Numbered from the stretch's first letter, positions 1-9,915 are shown. The stretch: 24,131 nt of DNA from Octopus sinensis (GCF_006345805.1 NW_021836523.1:1-24131); one strand, 5' to 3'. The notes: a model not told the origin generated them from the sequence alone. Numbers and translations are program-made.

Positions 1-98
1 ACATGGGATCCTGGGTTACTGCTTTCTACTCTAGCTGCAGCTCAACCTATGCGTTGAGTGGATTTGGTAGACGGGCACTGTGAAACTGTCGTGTATGC
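1..98 (+). mobile_element. Degenerate 5' half of group A SINE (cut by window edge)
   Basis: GAGTGGATTTGGTAGACGG (56-74) and flanks align with the central domain of group A copies at 11793, 12296 and 22561. Confidence 0.6.
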
Positions 99-102
99 GT
101 TG

Positions 103-117
103 TCTATCTTTATCTAT

Positions 118-161
<44 letters not shown>

Positions 162-243
162 CTATCTACTATATATATATATATATCTATATATATAAAT
201 ATATCTCTATCTATATATCTATATCTATACCTATATCTATATT

Positions 244-291
<48 letters not shown>
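103..291. repeat. Compound (TATC)n/(TA)n microsatellite
   Basis: Directly visible periodicity. Confidence 0.95.
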
Positions 292-294
<3 letters not shown>

Positions 295-366
295 ACAAAG
301 GGTAAAATTAATTAAGAAGTAATCAGTAATTTCACCAAGTAGAATTCGGCATGAAAAAGACCATTT

Positions 367-522
367 CATGGTAAGTTTAAGTAATACTTTATAATTAATG
401 TTCAGCTGAGATTTGCTTCACTACATACCGAAGTTTAGAAATAGAAGTAAAAAAATCTTAGCTATTCCTTAAGCAAATCTCCGCTGAACCCTAATTATAA
501 AGTATATATATAAACTTACATG
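367..522. repeat. Imperfect inverted repeat, arms 367-418 and 471-522, ~52 bp spacer
   Basis: Reverse complement of the left arm (AAGCAAATCTCAGCTGAACATTAATTATAAAGTATTACTTAAACTTACCATG) closely matches the right arm (AAGCAAATCTCCGCTGAACCCTAATTATAAAGTATATATATAAACTTACATG). Confidence 0.85.
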
Positions 523-633
523 GAGGATAAGAAACGACGCGAGGCGCTCAGTCATATAATAACAATTTAATAAATAATAAATAAACATAAGCATACATAC
601 ATATATGTACATACCTACATCTATATGTATTAT

Positions 634-666
<33 letters not shown>

Positions 667-672
<6 letters not shown>

Positions 673-770
673 TACAGGACACCACAAATAAACGTAGAAC
701 ACAACGAGAAACGAAAACAAAAACAAACAAGGATACGGACTTTTTTTACAACGTGGTGTCTGTACTCATA
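667..770. mobile_element. ~100 bp mini-element with ~18 bp terminal inverted repeats embedded in (TA)n (MITE-like or inverted PLE remnant)
   Basis: TATGAGTACAGGACACCAC (667-685) vs GTGGTGTCTGTACTCATA (753-770): one indel; TA repeats on both sides. Confidence 0.55.
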
Positions 771-771
771 T

Positions 772-819
<48 letters not shown>

Positions 820-887
820 TGTATATATATATATATAGATGTAGGTATGTACATATGTATGTATGTATGCATATGTTTATTTGTTAA

Positions 888-948
<61 letters not shown>
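771..948. repeat. (TA)n/(TATG)n microsatellites
   Basis: Directly visible. Confidence 0.95.
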
Positions 949-951
<3 letters not shown>

Positions 952-1622
952 AAATCTGTCTACAAAAAATCTGTCACGCAAAACCTCATTGTATGTTACA
1001 TACTTTTGGTTAATTGCCTCAAATTGGGAAGACAGAGTAAAAAAGTTATAGTTTTATTAATCGCGCAATTTCACTCCCTAATTCCTGTCCTAGCGTCTTA
1101 TATAAGTACTCTAACAACTTTCCATTGCTTTGCTATTGCAGAAGACATCAGGTTTACGCCTGCATTCCCCTCTCACACTACTATCAGCCTTATGAAATTA
1201 TAAGTTTAACTTGATAATGATAAACTACCTACAAATACATTATCAAACTTTCTCTGGACTTTCTCTGATATCTGAAAACAGAATAATTTAATGCTGAAAA
1301 AATATGGAAGTATAAACAGTAATTTATATTAGTTTTGTATACCAATTAGATTGAGAAAAGAATCTCAGTGAGATATATTATAAATTGCTTTCCGACTTCA
1401 TAACATTTTAAATTCTACAAGTTCTTCTTTTTAAGCTGTAGGTTATCTGTATTATAATTTTTCACAGACAATAAAACTTGTCAACTGATAATTTCACTAT
1501 TTTAAGAGCCGACACCAAATAATTACTTTCCTTAATGGCGTTAATTCTGGAAAATGTATTCTCGCACTTCCACTGTATGGTATCTAAGTGGTATTGCTAT
1601 CCGTTTTTATTATCAATCTATT

Positions 1623-1837
1623 TAGGTGGTGAGATAGTAAAATCGTTAGCACGACACGCAAAATGCTTTTACGTCCGTTTTCTGAACTAAAGTTCCGTCG
1701 AGGTCGACCTCACTTTTCTATTTTTCCTTTTCGTGGTTGATAAAGTATGTTCCAATTTAGCAGTGGGGGCAATGTAGTCGACTTCCTCCCGTATTCCAAA
1801 CCTGCTGGTCTTGTGCCAAAAACTTGAAACCATTATT
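1623..1837 (+). mobile_element. Diverged full-length group B tRNA-derived SINE
   Basis: Head, GAGGTCGAC core and GCTGGTCTTGTGCCAAAA tail align with other B copies; possible short TSD AATCTATT (1615-1622 / 1838-1845). Confidence 0.75.
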
Positions 1838-1864
1838 AATCTATTACTACATTCTAACTCATGT

Positions 1865-1951
1865 ATTCAACTTAGAATTGCTAAAATGAGAATTGGCTAA
1901 TTCAACTTAGAATTGCTAAAATGAGAATTGGTTAAATTCAACTTAGAATTG
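1865..1951. repeat. Tandem repeat, ~35 bp unit x2.5
   Basis: ATTCAACTTAGAATTG starts at 1865, 1900 and 1936. Confidence 0.9.
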
Positions 1952-2290
1952 ATTAAATTAGAAGCAGTTAGTGGTTGATAACGAAACAGCTAAAGCCTCT
2001 AGGTTTAGTAGTAAATTAATTTATTTGCCAACATAAAAAAATATACTTGCAGAAAGAAATTCAGTTTTGAGTGAGAGAACAGCTCAGTCGGTAATATTTC
2101 ATAAGTGCAAAAAGTGGAATTTTGTATTTGAAGCCTGTAGTATTTAGCTATAACATTTGGCGTAACATACAAAAAAATATGGTGCCATATTTGCAAGCAG
2201 TTCCCCAACAATGATCTCCAAATCACATTAGTTTTGCAGAAAACAAGCATTATATACAAACACATGCATGCACATATGTATATAATTATG

Positions 2291-2321
<31 letters not shown>

Positions 2322-2528
2322 TCTTTTATTCTTTTACTTGTTTCAGTCATTTGGCTGCGGCCATATTGGAGCACCGCCTTTGGCCGGAGCAATCGACTCC
2401 AGGACTTCTCTTTGTAAGCCTAGTACTTATTCTATCGGTCTCTCTTGCCGAACCGCTAAGTTACGGGGACGTAAACACACCCAACATCTGTTGTCAAGCG
2501 ATGGTGGGGCAGCAAACACACACACGCA

Positions 2529-2571
<43 letters not shown>

Positions 2572-2740
2572 ATATATATATATATATACGGGCTCCTTTC
2601 AGTTTCCGTCTGCAAATTCACTCACAAAGATTTGGTCGGCCCGAGGCTACTGAAGAAGATACTTGCCCAAGGTGCCAGCAGTAGTACTGAACTCGGAACA
2701 TTTGGTTGGGAAGTAAGCTTCTTACCACTCAGTAACGCCT
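2322..2740 (-). mobile_element. Full-length group A tRNA-derived SINE with internal microsatellite
   Basis: Colinear with 12296-12702; tRNA-like head at the right end, GTAAAAG-type tail at the left end. Confidence 0.9.
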
Positions 2741-2744
2741 ATTA

Positions 2745-2775
2745 CACATACATACATACATACATATATATATAC

Positions 2776-2813
<38 letters not shown>

Positions 2814-3028
2814 GATAGATAGATAGATTACATATATATACATATACATACATATATAGTCTTTGACTATCTTTTCTTTCTCGATGGACGCTGGTAGTGG
2901 AGAATTTTTTCTAGAATTTTTTGCTCCTTATATTTATTAATAAATATATATACATAATATATACATATACATACATATATATATATAATAATATATATAT
3001 AATATAATATATATATATATATCTATAT

Positions 3029-3061
<33 letters not shown>

Positions 3062-3200
3062 ATACATACCACACTTATATATATATATATCTATATTATA
3101 TTATATATTATATATATAATTATATATATATATATTATATATGTGTGTGTGTGTGCATATATTTGTATGTATAGATATATGTGTCGGTGTGTATGTATGC
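2745..3200. repeat. Compound (TA)n/(CATA)n/(TG)n microsatellite region
   Basis: Directly visible. Confidence 0.9.
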
Positions 3201-3860
3201 AAATGTATTTGTGCCTATATAAATACACATGTACAGACACATGTTTTACACTTAACTCTGGTCTAACCACAAAAAAATCTATATTCTAGGTATGTGCTGT
3301 TCAAAAATCAATTGTCTCTATCTTTTACTTCTCATAAGGTGTCATTATTTTCCAGCAACTAATATTTGTGCAAATACATTTTTATTGTATGCAATAATTT
3401 AGCCGTATCACAACACAGCATACTATTTTCCTTTTATATCCTGAATGATGTTGCTTCCGATTTATATTCTCTTCAATATTTAAAGATTAACACTTCTTGA
3501 GACCTTCCTCTCAAAATAAAATTTAAAGATTTATTGTAAGTATTAAGTGTTGAAAGCAATGAAGTCGTATAAGTATACTGCTGTTCAAAATATTGGATAA
3601 AAAAAAAATTAATAGCTTTTATAAGAAATCTATAGTATTTTTTGTGTAGAAAAACATTCTTCAAAGACCTGTTAATGTTTAAGTGAATTTTTTAAAAATA
3701 TTTATCTGTATTTATTATATATGATTTCTTGCAGCGAAATATTGTCCTACAGTTTTTATTGTAACAAACTTAATAATAATAATTGTTTCAGAAGGGACAG
3801 AAGGTCTCAATTGTTTTTGTTTTGGTGAGTAGGGTGGTTGCAGGTGTTGTGGTGGGCAAC

Positions 3861-3965
3861 AGTCGTTTATTATCATTATATCGACCCGAGTACATAACTG
3901 GTGTTTTATCGGCCTCGAACCTTTGAAAGTCAAAATTAACCTATGCAGAACTCACGGAAACGGAG
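3861..3965 (-). mobile_element. Highly degenerate group B SINE core fragment
   Basis: ATCGACCCGAGTACATAACTGG...GAAAGTCAAA resembles the reverse complement of the B core. Confidence 0.5.
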
Positions 3966-4004
3966 ATGAAAGTATCAATCATCTTTTATATGCGTGACGG
4001 AGGC

Positions 4005-4138
4005 CAGCACCCAACTGGTGCATATTTTATTGACCCAGAAAGTCAACCTCAGCGGATTTGAACTCAGAACATAAAGACGAACGAAATATCGTTAATTACT
4101 TTTTCCTGTGTGCTAACTATTCTGCCAGCTCACCGCCT
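4005..4138 (-). mobile_element. Group B SINE, head plus core
   Basis: Ends TTCTGCCAGCTCACCGCC, the reverse complement of the head seen at 18626; B box reverse complement GGATTTGAAC present. Confidence 0.85.
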
Positions 4139-4260
4139 GAATAAACTGACAAAGATATAGGATCTAATCACCCAGATATAATAATCAAGCCATAATAATA
4201 ATAATCTAGAGTTCAGTGATAGATGAGTTCAGTGATAGTTCAGTGTTTTATGTGTTGTAT

Positions 4261-4361
4261 AGGACATCCTGATGAGGGGAATACCAATTTTAAGTACTAT
4301 TTTAAGTACTGTTATGTCTAATATTCATTGGCACATCCCCGAAACGGCCCGTAGATGGACT
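4261..4361 (+). ncRNA. Type I hammerhead ribozyme motif, probably from a Penelope-like element
   Basis: Helix I CATC/GATG; core CTGATGA 4269-4275; helix II GGGGA/TCCCC extended by CCAAT/ATTGG; GAAA 4341-4344; short near-palindromic helix III ACGGCCCGT; GTA cleavage triplet 4351-4353. Confidence 0.8.
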
Positions 4362-5159
4362 TCTGGAAATCTTATATTTTTGTAAGCTTGTATATGTATT
4401 ATATTCTATGTACTATTCGCCGGCATTTTATTCGTCTTTTGATATGCCATATTTTTATTTTATTATCATTATATTTATTTCTCTTATCCTAACAGTTTTA
4501 AGCGTGTTATATGCAAAATTTATATTTATATTTTTATTTGTATATGATATTTATATATTACTGAATTTTTTAATTTTTTAAATGTCGGACTGTTTAGATA
4601 TAAATTAGTTTATAAGATTTGTATGTGTTTGGTCTATCTCTGAATTTTGTGATGTTCCTGTGGTTGTTGCTCCTATTGCCTCCCCTTGGATAAAAAAGTG
4701 TATACAGCTCATTGGAGCACTTCTATTTCCAGTCCGTTGTATATCTTGAGCCTTGTTGTCACTCAAGATATAACTTTATATTTTGTAATATATATACATA
4801 TATGCACACACACACATACACATACACATTCACGCTCACACACATGTACACTATCTCACACACACAAACACACACACACATATATGAATGTTGCACGATT
4901 CTGCTGTCATCACTAATATCTAGGTTTACTTCTTTAACAAAGAACGTTCGTTAATTGGCAATATTTATATACGATGAAGGCGTCAATATTTATTTTGTAT
5001 CACAAATATAGCTACTTTGAATCTAAACTGAAAATTAAAATCGCTTACCATAATTACTTCAATAGCAATTCTAAATATATGCTTTAGATAAATAAAGTAA
5101 TTAACTTGATGTCAAATTTTGTATTTATATGTTTATATGTGAATATGATTAATGTAGGT

Positions 5160-5352
5160 GCCACAGTGGTATGGGTGCGCGCGCATGTATAAACATAACG
5201 AACACACACACCACACACATATACGTAACATATATACACACATAAATAATAATATATATATTTACATACGTACATGCATATATATTTACATACATACATA
5301 TATATATTACCTACATACATATATATATATTTACATACATACATACAGATAT

Positions 5353-5398
<46 letters not shown>

Positions 5399-5434
5399 AT
5401 TATATATATATATATTATATATATATATATATAT
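5160..5434. repeat. Compound (CA)n/(TACA)n/(TA)n microsatellite
   Basis: Directly visible. Confidence 0.9.
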
Positions 5435-5710
5435 GGAGGCGCAATGGCCGGTGGTTAGGGCAGCGGACTCGCGGTCGTAGGTTCGCGGTTACGATTTCCA
5501 GACCGGGCGTTGTGAGTGTTTATTGAGCGAAAACACCTAAAAAGCTCCACGAGGTTCCAGCAGAGGTTGTTGGCGATCCCTGCTGTACTCTTTCGCCACA
5601 GCTTTCTCTCACTTTTTCTTCTATTGGCCTACTCGCTTAGCCAGCGGGGTGGCGTCATTTGAAGGCTAAAACAATGCGAAGCGCATTGTGACCAGCGATG
5701 TGTAACGTGA
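5435..5710 (+). mobile_element. Group C tRNA-derived SINE, tail type 1
   Basis: A box-like TGGCCGGTGG and degenerate B box; first ~180 bp align with 16555-16730. Confidence 0.85.
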
Positions 5711-5800
5711 TATATATATATATATTATGTGTTTATATATACAGATATTAAAAAGCATAAATGTGTGGATATTGATAAATAGGCTGATTAATATATGTAT

Positions 5801-6057
5801 GCCCTATTCAACATTGTTTCGAAACAGATCAAAGAGGATAAAGATCCTATCACCTTTAAACGGAATCTGAACAAATTCCTTCAAGGAATACCAAATGACC
5901 CACCTATACCTGGCTACAAATCACTCAACAAGAACTCCCTACTCGAATGGAACATGATACAACAAAGCTTAACTAAAAATGGATTTAGCTAATCCTATCA
6001 GGCCGTGCTATTAAGTTAGACATGGCCTGGATCAATCTTTGGTCGAAACGTATCCAA

Positions 6058-6060
<3 letters not shown>
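5801..6060 (+). mobile_element. 5'-truncated 3' end of a CR1-like (CR1/L2 group) non-LTR retrotransposon: ORF2 C-terminus plus structured 3' UTR
   Basis: ALFNIVSKQIKEDKDPITFKRNLNKFLQGIPNDPPIPGY...NSLLEW matches the typical ORF2 C-terminal pattern LFN.LP..IR....FK..LD.FL..IPD.P..PGY..NSL.DW; stop at 5990-5992; two UTR hairpins; ends in (TA)n. Confidence 0.8.
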
Positions 6061-6092
<32 letters not shown>

Positions 6093-6095
<3 letters not shown>

Positions 6096-6450
6096 AATCC
6101 TGATCTTAGTAATTATAAGGGTCTTTATATAAATAAAGCTTCTAAATAATTACCAGATAGAAACTATAAATATCATGTTGGGAGTAGCAATAATAACTTC
6201 TTAAAACTATAATATAAACCTTAGTTTTAACAAAAAATTAGTTTAAAATATGATTGTTCCATAACTTAAATATTCCTGTAGCCGATACCTGACATCAGTC
6301 TTTTATTGATATTAGCTAAAGAAATAAATGTATAATTTTTAGTCTAATATATTTTGAATTATTATACTTTTTCTAAAAATCTCCTCTATTCGTGTTAATA
6401 AGCTACATATATTTTACCATAGTATTAGTGATTAAGCCATTTTCTTTCTT
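6093..6450 (+). pseudogene. Decayed GIY-YIG endonuclease-like fragment, probable Penelope-like element
   Basis: One frame with several stops reads YKGLYINKAS...KYHVGSSNNNFLK..Y...F...KNLL, resembling the PLE pattern IYKAT...YIG.T...FK.RY..H..SF; a decayed CTGATGA motif lies downstream at 6719. Confidence 0.45.
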
Positions 6451-7508
6451 TTTTTTATGGTGTTCTGCCCTAATTGATTATTTTATCTTATTTCTTTATT
6501 ATTTTATAATTAGCCTTTATTTATAATATTAATCTAATTTTTGTATCTCTATAAATTCATACTTAGCTTATATGAAACTATACTGATATATTCACTACTT
6601 ATTAAAAAATACTGCTTAGATTATAATTTTATTAATATATAATTAGAATGTTCCTTTACCTCAATACTCCTTTATTAATACCAGTATATACCAATTAATC
6701 AATTTTCACAGACACCATCTGATGAGTTAGTATTTAAGTGTACATTATGTATAAATATTAAACTATTTCTCGATAATTTCTTTTCCTCCCTCTATTGTGG
6801 TAAAAGTTTGGTATATACTCAAAGGTATTCATAAATTTCTATCCTTTTGTTATAATATTCTTCTCAATAATCTTTTGAATAACCCTAAACTTTAACTGTA
6901 TACAATATAGCAACATTGTTTAAAATATTTAACTGTAGTACTACACGATAAGACTTCCCCTGTTTCATTATCAATGGTCTGCTAGTGCGCGATCCCCTTA
7001 ATTATAAGCTAACATCTTGTTTTAAGTTTTCCTTTGCCAAACCTCATGATATTGCTTCTAATAAATTTTTATTTTTACGACAATACCAACTATGATGTCT
7101 GTCTGCTCCCTCAGCCCTACCCCTAACAGATACTGCCCTCTGTTCTCTCAGTCTTAAATATACAAGGGATTTGATAAACTAGTCTATAAACTAAAACTCA
7201 CCCCATAAAAACAAAAAATCAGTGACAGGCAGAATCTGTAAAAATGTATATCTTCTTGAAAATTCAGTAACTTCTAAACTTGAGTGAGACAGCATGTTCC
7301 TTGTCTATCTCTTTAACTTCTTGGAGATTTTAGATATAATTATACTAATGTGTTCATCTGTTCTAATTTAATTAAAGTCTATGTCTTTGTGCAGCTGAAG
7401 ATTGCTCTGCATTTTAAATTGATGCAATGATTGCATTGTTCAATTAAATGGAGTTGCATGAAAAGATCGTACTGTATCACCTCTGGATATCCTTGTTGCT
7501 TATTTTGA

Positions 7509-7712
7509 TAAGGGGGTTCTGAAAAGTTCCTGGCTTGAAAGGTATCACGAAAGGCTTGATGGGAAGTCCAACTTTCCGAGTTTAGAAAATGTAAATGACA
7601 GCTGCAGTGAGTGTGGATTCGAGAGGGGAATATGTTTACTAAAATCATAATTTAACTGATCCTCCTGTATTTTCTTTTACCCAAAGGCAAGAAATTTCAA
7701 CATCCCCTCGTA
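7509..7712 (+). mobile_element. Tc1/mariner-derived MITE (~200 bp)
   Basis: Imperfect TIRs TAAGGGGGTTCTGAAAAGTTCCTGGCTT / AAGGCAAGAAATTTCAACATCCCCTCGTA with TA ends; internal frameshifted remnant LENVNDSCSEC/RGEYVY* resembles the mariner transposase C-terminus (KL..RW.KC...GDYVE*). Confidence 0.75.
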
Positions 7713-8424
7713 TATTACGAAAACTATTTTTAGCCACAAAACTCAAGAATATATGCACTAAACCCTTATTCTATAAAAAGATTCGAAGCAACATCTGACT
7801 CCTTATCTTTCTTTGTTCCTCATCACCTTCACACTTTTGTTACATGTGTTTATATGAGTTATGTATGCCACACACTGGGAATACGTAAGCCAAAATAAAT
7901 TCAGTTAAACTTTAATACGGAAACATTTATTATGTGAAAATGTATCTTCATATTTTTTATACCCATAAACCTAGAATAAAATCATTCTCCATTCATGACA
8001 AAAAATTTAACTGGCTTTAATTGCAGACAAAAAATATATATGTATATAGAAAGGAAATGTTGGCGCATTTTCAACTTTTCCCAGTAGTTTATACGTGTGT
8101 GTGTGTGTGTGTGTGTATGTGTGTGTGCGTATGTGTGTGTCTGTGTGTATGGGTGTGTGTATTTATGTACACACACATACAGTGTACAATTATAGAAGTA
8201 AAGTTAATGCTATTGCTTCTTGGTGTAATCCACATTTTATAATATTGTCAATATATACACATATATATACATGTATGTATGCATGTATGTATGTATACAT
8301 ACATATGTATATATATATGTATGTATGTATATTTTCGTTTCTCATTGTCTAATTTTTTTTTATGTTCTGTACCCATATATGCATATATATATAATATATT
8401 ATATATATATATAATATATTATAT

Positions 8425-8794
8425 AAATTAGAGATAAAACCACTATCAGGCAATCATACAATGAAAAACTTAAGCCAATACATAGATTATTTAATTTATA
8501 TTATTTAATATATAATAAAATTATTAAAAAAATATAATTAATATAACACTACGATCGTTTCATGGTTGTTAATTGATTAAATCTCGCCAAGTTAAATATT
8601 TAAACCACCTGATGAATGACTGTAACTCGAAAATTTAAAGACATTAACAGCCATGAAACGATCGTAGTGTTATATTAATTATATTTTTTTAATAATTTTG
8701 TTATATATTTAAATAATATAAATTAAATAATCTTATGTATTGGCTTAAGTTTTTCATTGTATGATTTGCCTAATAGTGGTTTTATCTCTAATTT
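8425..8794. repeat. Long inverted repeat: arms 8425-8573 and 8643-8794, 69 bp spacer
   Basis: Arms are reverse complements with about 6 differences in ~150 bp by manual alignment. Confidence 0.95.
8601..8672 (+). ncRNA. Type I hammerhead ribozyme motif with palindromic helix III (PLE-type minimal/dimeric hammerhead)
   Basis: Helix I CAC/GTG; CTGATGA 8609-8615; helix II ATGACTGT/ACAGCCAT (one mismatch); GAAA 8655-8658; palindrome ACGATCGT; GTA triplet 8664-8666. Confidence 0.75.
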
Positions 8795-8879
8795 AATATA
8801 ATATAATATTTTACTATAAAATTGGATTCAATCCTAAATCTGATTTTTCCCTGTAAGTTTTGATTTATTCCCTAATATT

Positions 8880-8915
<36 letters not shown>

Positions 8916-8936
8916 TCACGCACATGTATATAGATG

Positions 8937-9045
8937 GGTTGGCTGCGTGGTTAAAGAGCTCTCAGTTTCGTGTTCACTCTCACTACCTGATACCTTGTGT
9001 ATCTGTTTTTAAAGCACCGGACCGAACCGATCCCATGTGAGTGTG
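8937..9045 (+). mobile_element. Very degenerate tRNA-like SINE head, group A-like
   Basis: TGGCTGCGTGGTTAA A box-like sequence, followed by weak similarity to the group A central domain. Confidence 0.35.
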
Positions 9046-9284
9046 CGTATTTATATCTGTTTGTATACATATATGAATATATATGCGTTGAGTGTATGTA
9101 TTCATGAATATTAATGTCCATGGCTAAGAATTGCATCTGTTTCATGGATGCTGTGTTTCGGTGTTGTACACCTTATTCAAGATGAGTGAGAATAAGAGAT
9201 TTGATAAAATGTATGATTGTAGGGGGTCTAAGATAGCAGAGGGTACAATAATCTATTAGAAGGGGAGAGTGGGATTGTGAGAAA

Positions 9285-9618
9285 GGGATAGAGAATGAGA
9301 GTGACATAGTGGGGACAAAAGCTGTTAGAGAGAGAATGGGACAAAGCAAGGGAATGGTTGGTAGAGAGAGAGAGAGAGAGAAAGAAAGAGAGAGAGAAAG
9401 CGACGGACAGATAGACAGACTAAGACAGGGAGAAAGAGAGAGGCAGATAGAGAGTAGCAGAGATACAGATAGATAGAAAGAATGAGACAGGAAAAGAGAG
9501 AAAGAGACATACAGAAAAGCAGAGAGACAGATAAACCGAATGAGACGGTGAGAGAAAAAGGAAGTGAGAGTGAGTGAGAAGTAGAGAGACAGTTAGATAG
9601 ACAGAATGAGACAGGGAG

Positions 9619-9656
<38 letters not shown>

Positions 9657-9871
9657 CAAGCAGCGAGACAGATAAATAGAGAGAATGTGACAAGGAGAAG
9701 GGGGCAGAGAGAGTAGCAGGAAACAGATAGATAGAATGAGAGAAAGATAGATAGATAGAGAGAGAGAGAAAGAAGCAGAGAGGCAGATAGACAGAATGAG
9801 ACAAGGAGAGAGGGAGAAAGAGAGAGTGAGAGAGAGCTAGAGAGAAAGATAGATAGACAAATTGAGACAGG

Positions 9872-9902
<31 letters not shown>

Positions 9903-9915
9903 TAAAAGATGGAGA
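9285..9915. repeat. ~630 bp purine-rich (GA)-type tract with cryptic ~60 bp periodicity
   Basis: ATAGACAGAATGAGACAGGG-like motif recurs 8 times between 9411 and 9853. Confidence 0.9.

Noticed and set aside
1865-1951. Regularly spaced repeats as a possible CRISPR array
   Set aside because: Contiguous tandem units with no unique spacers, in a eukaryotic context
5435-5510. tRNA-like sequence (also the heads at 2660-2740, 12630-12702, 16555-16615 and 18626-18710)
   Set aside because: They have A/B boxes but no complete cloverleaf, and continue into SINE bodies; not tRNA genes
6093-7300. Possible NUMT or L1-type reverse transcriptase on the minus strand
   Set aside because: No mitochondrial gene motif recognised, and RT-like words (LLRSGL, QSYF) are too weak and not colinear
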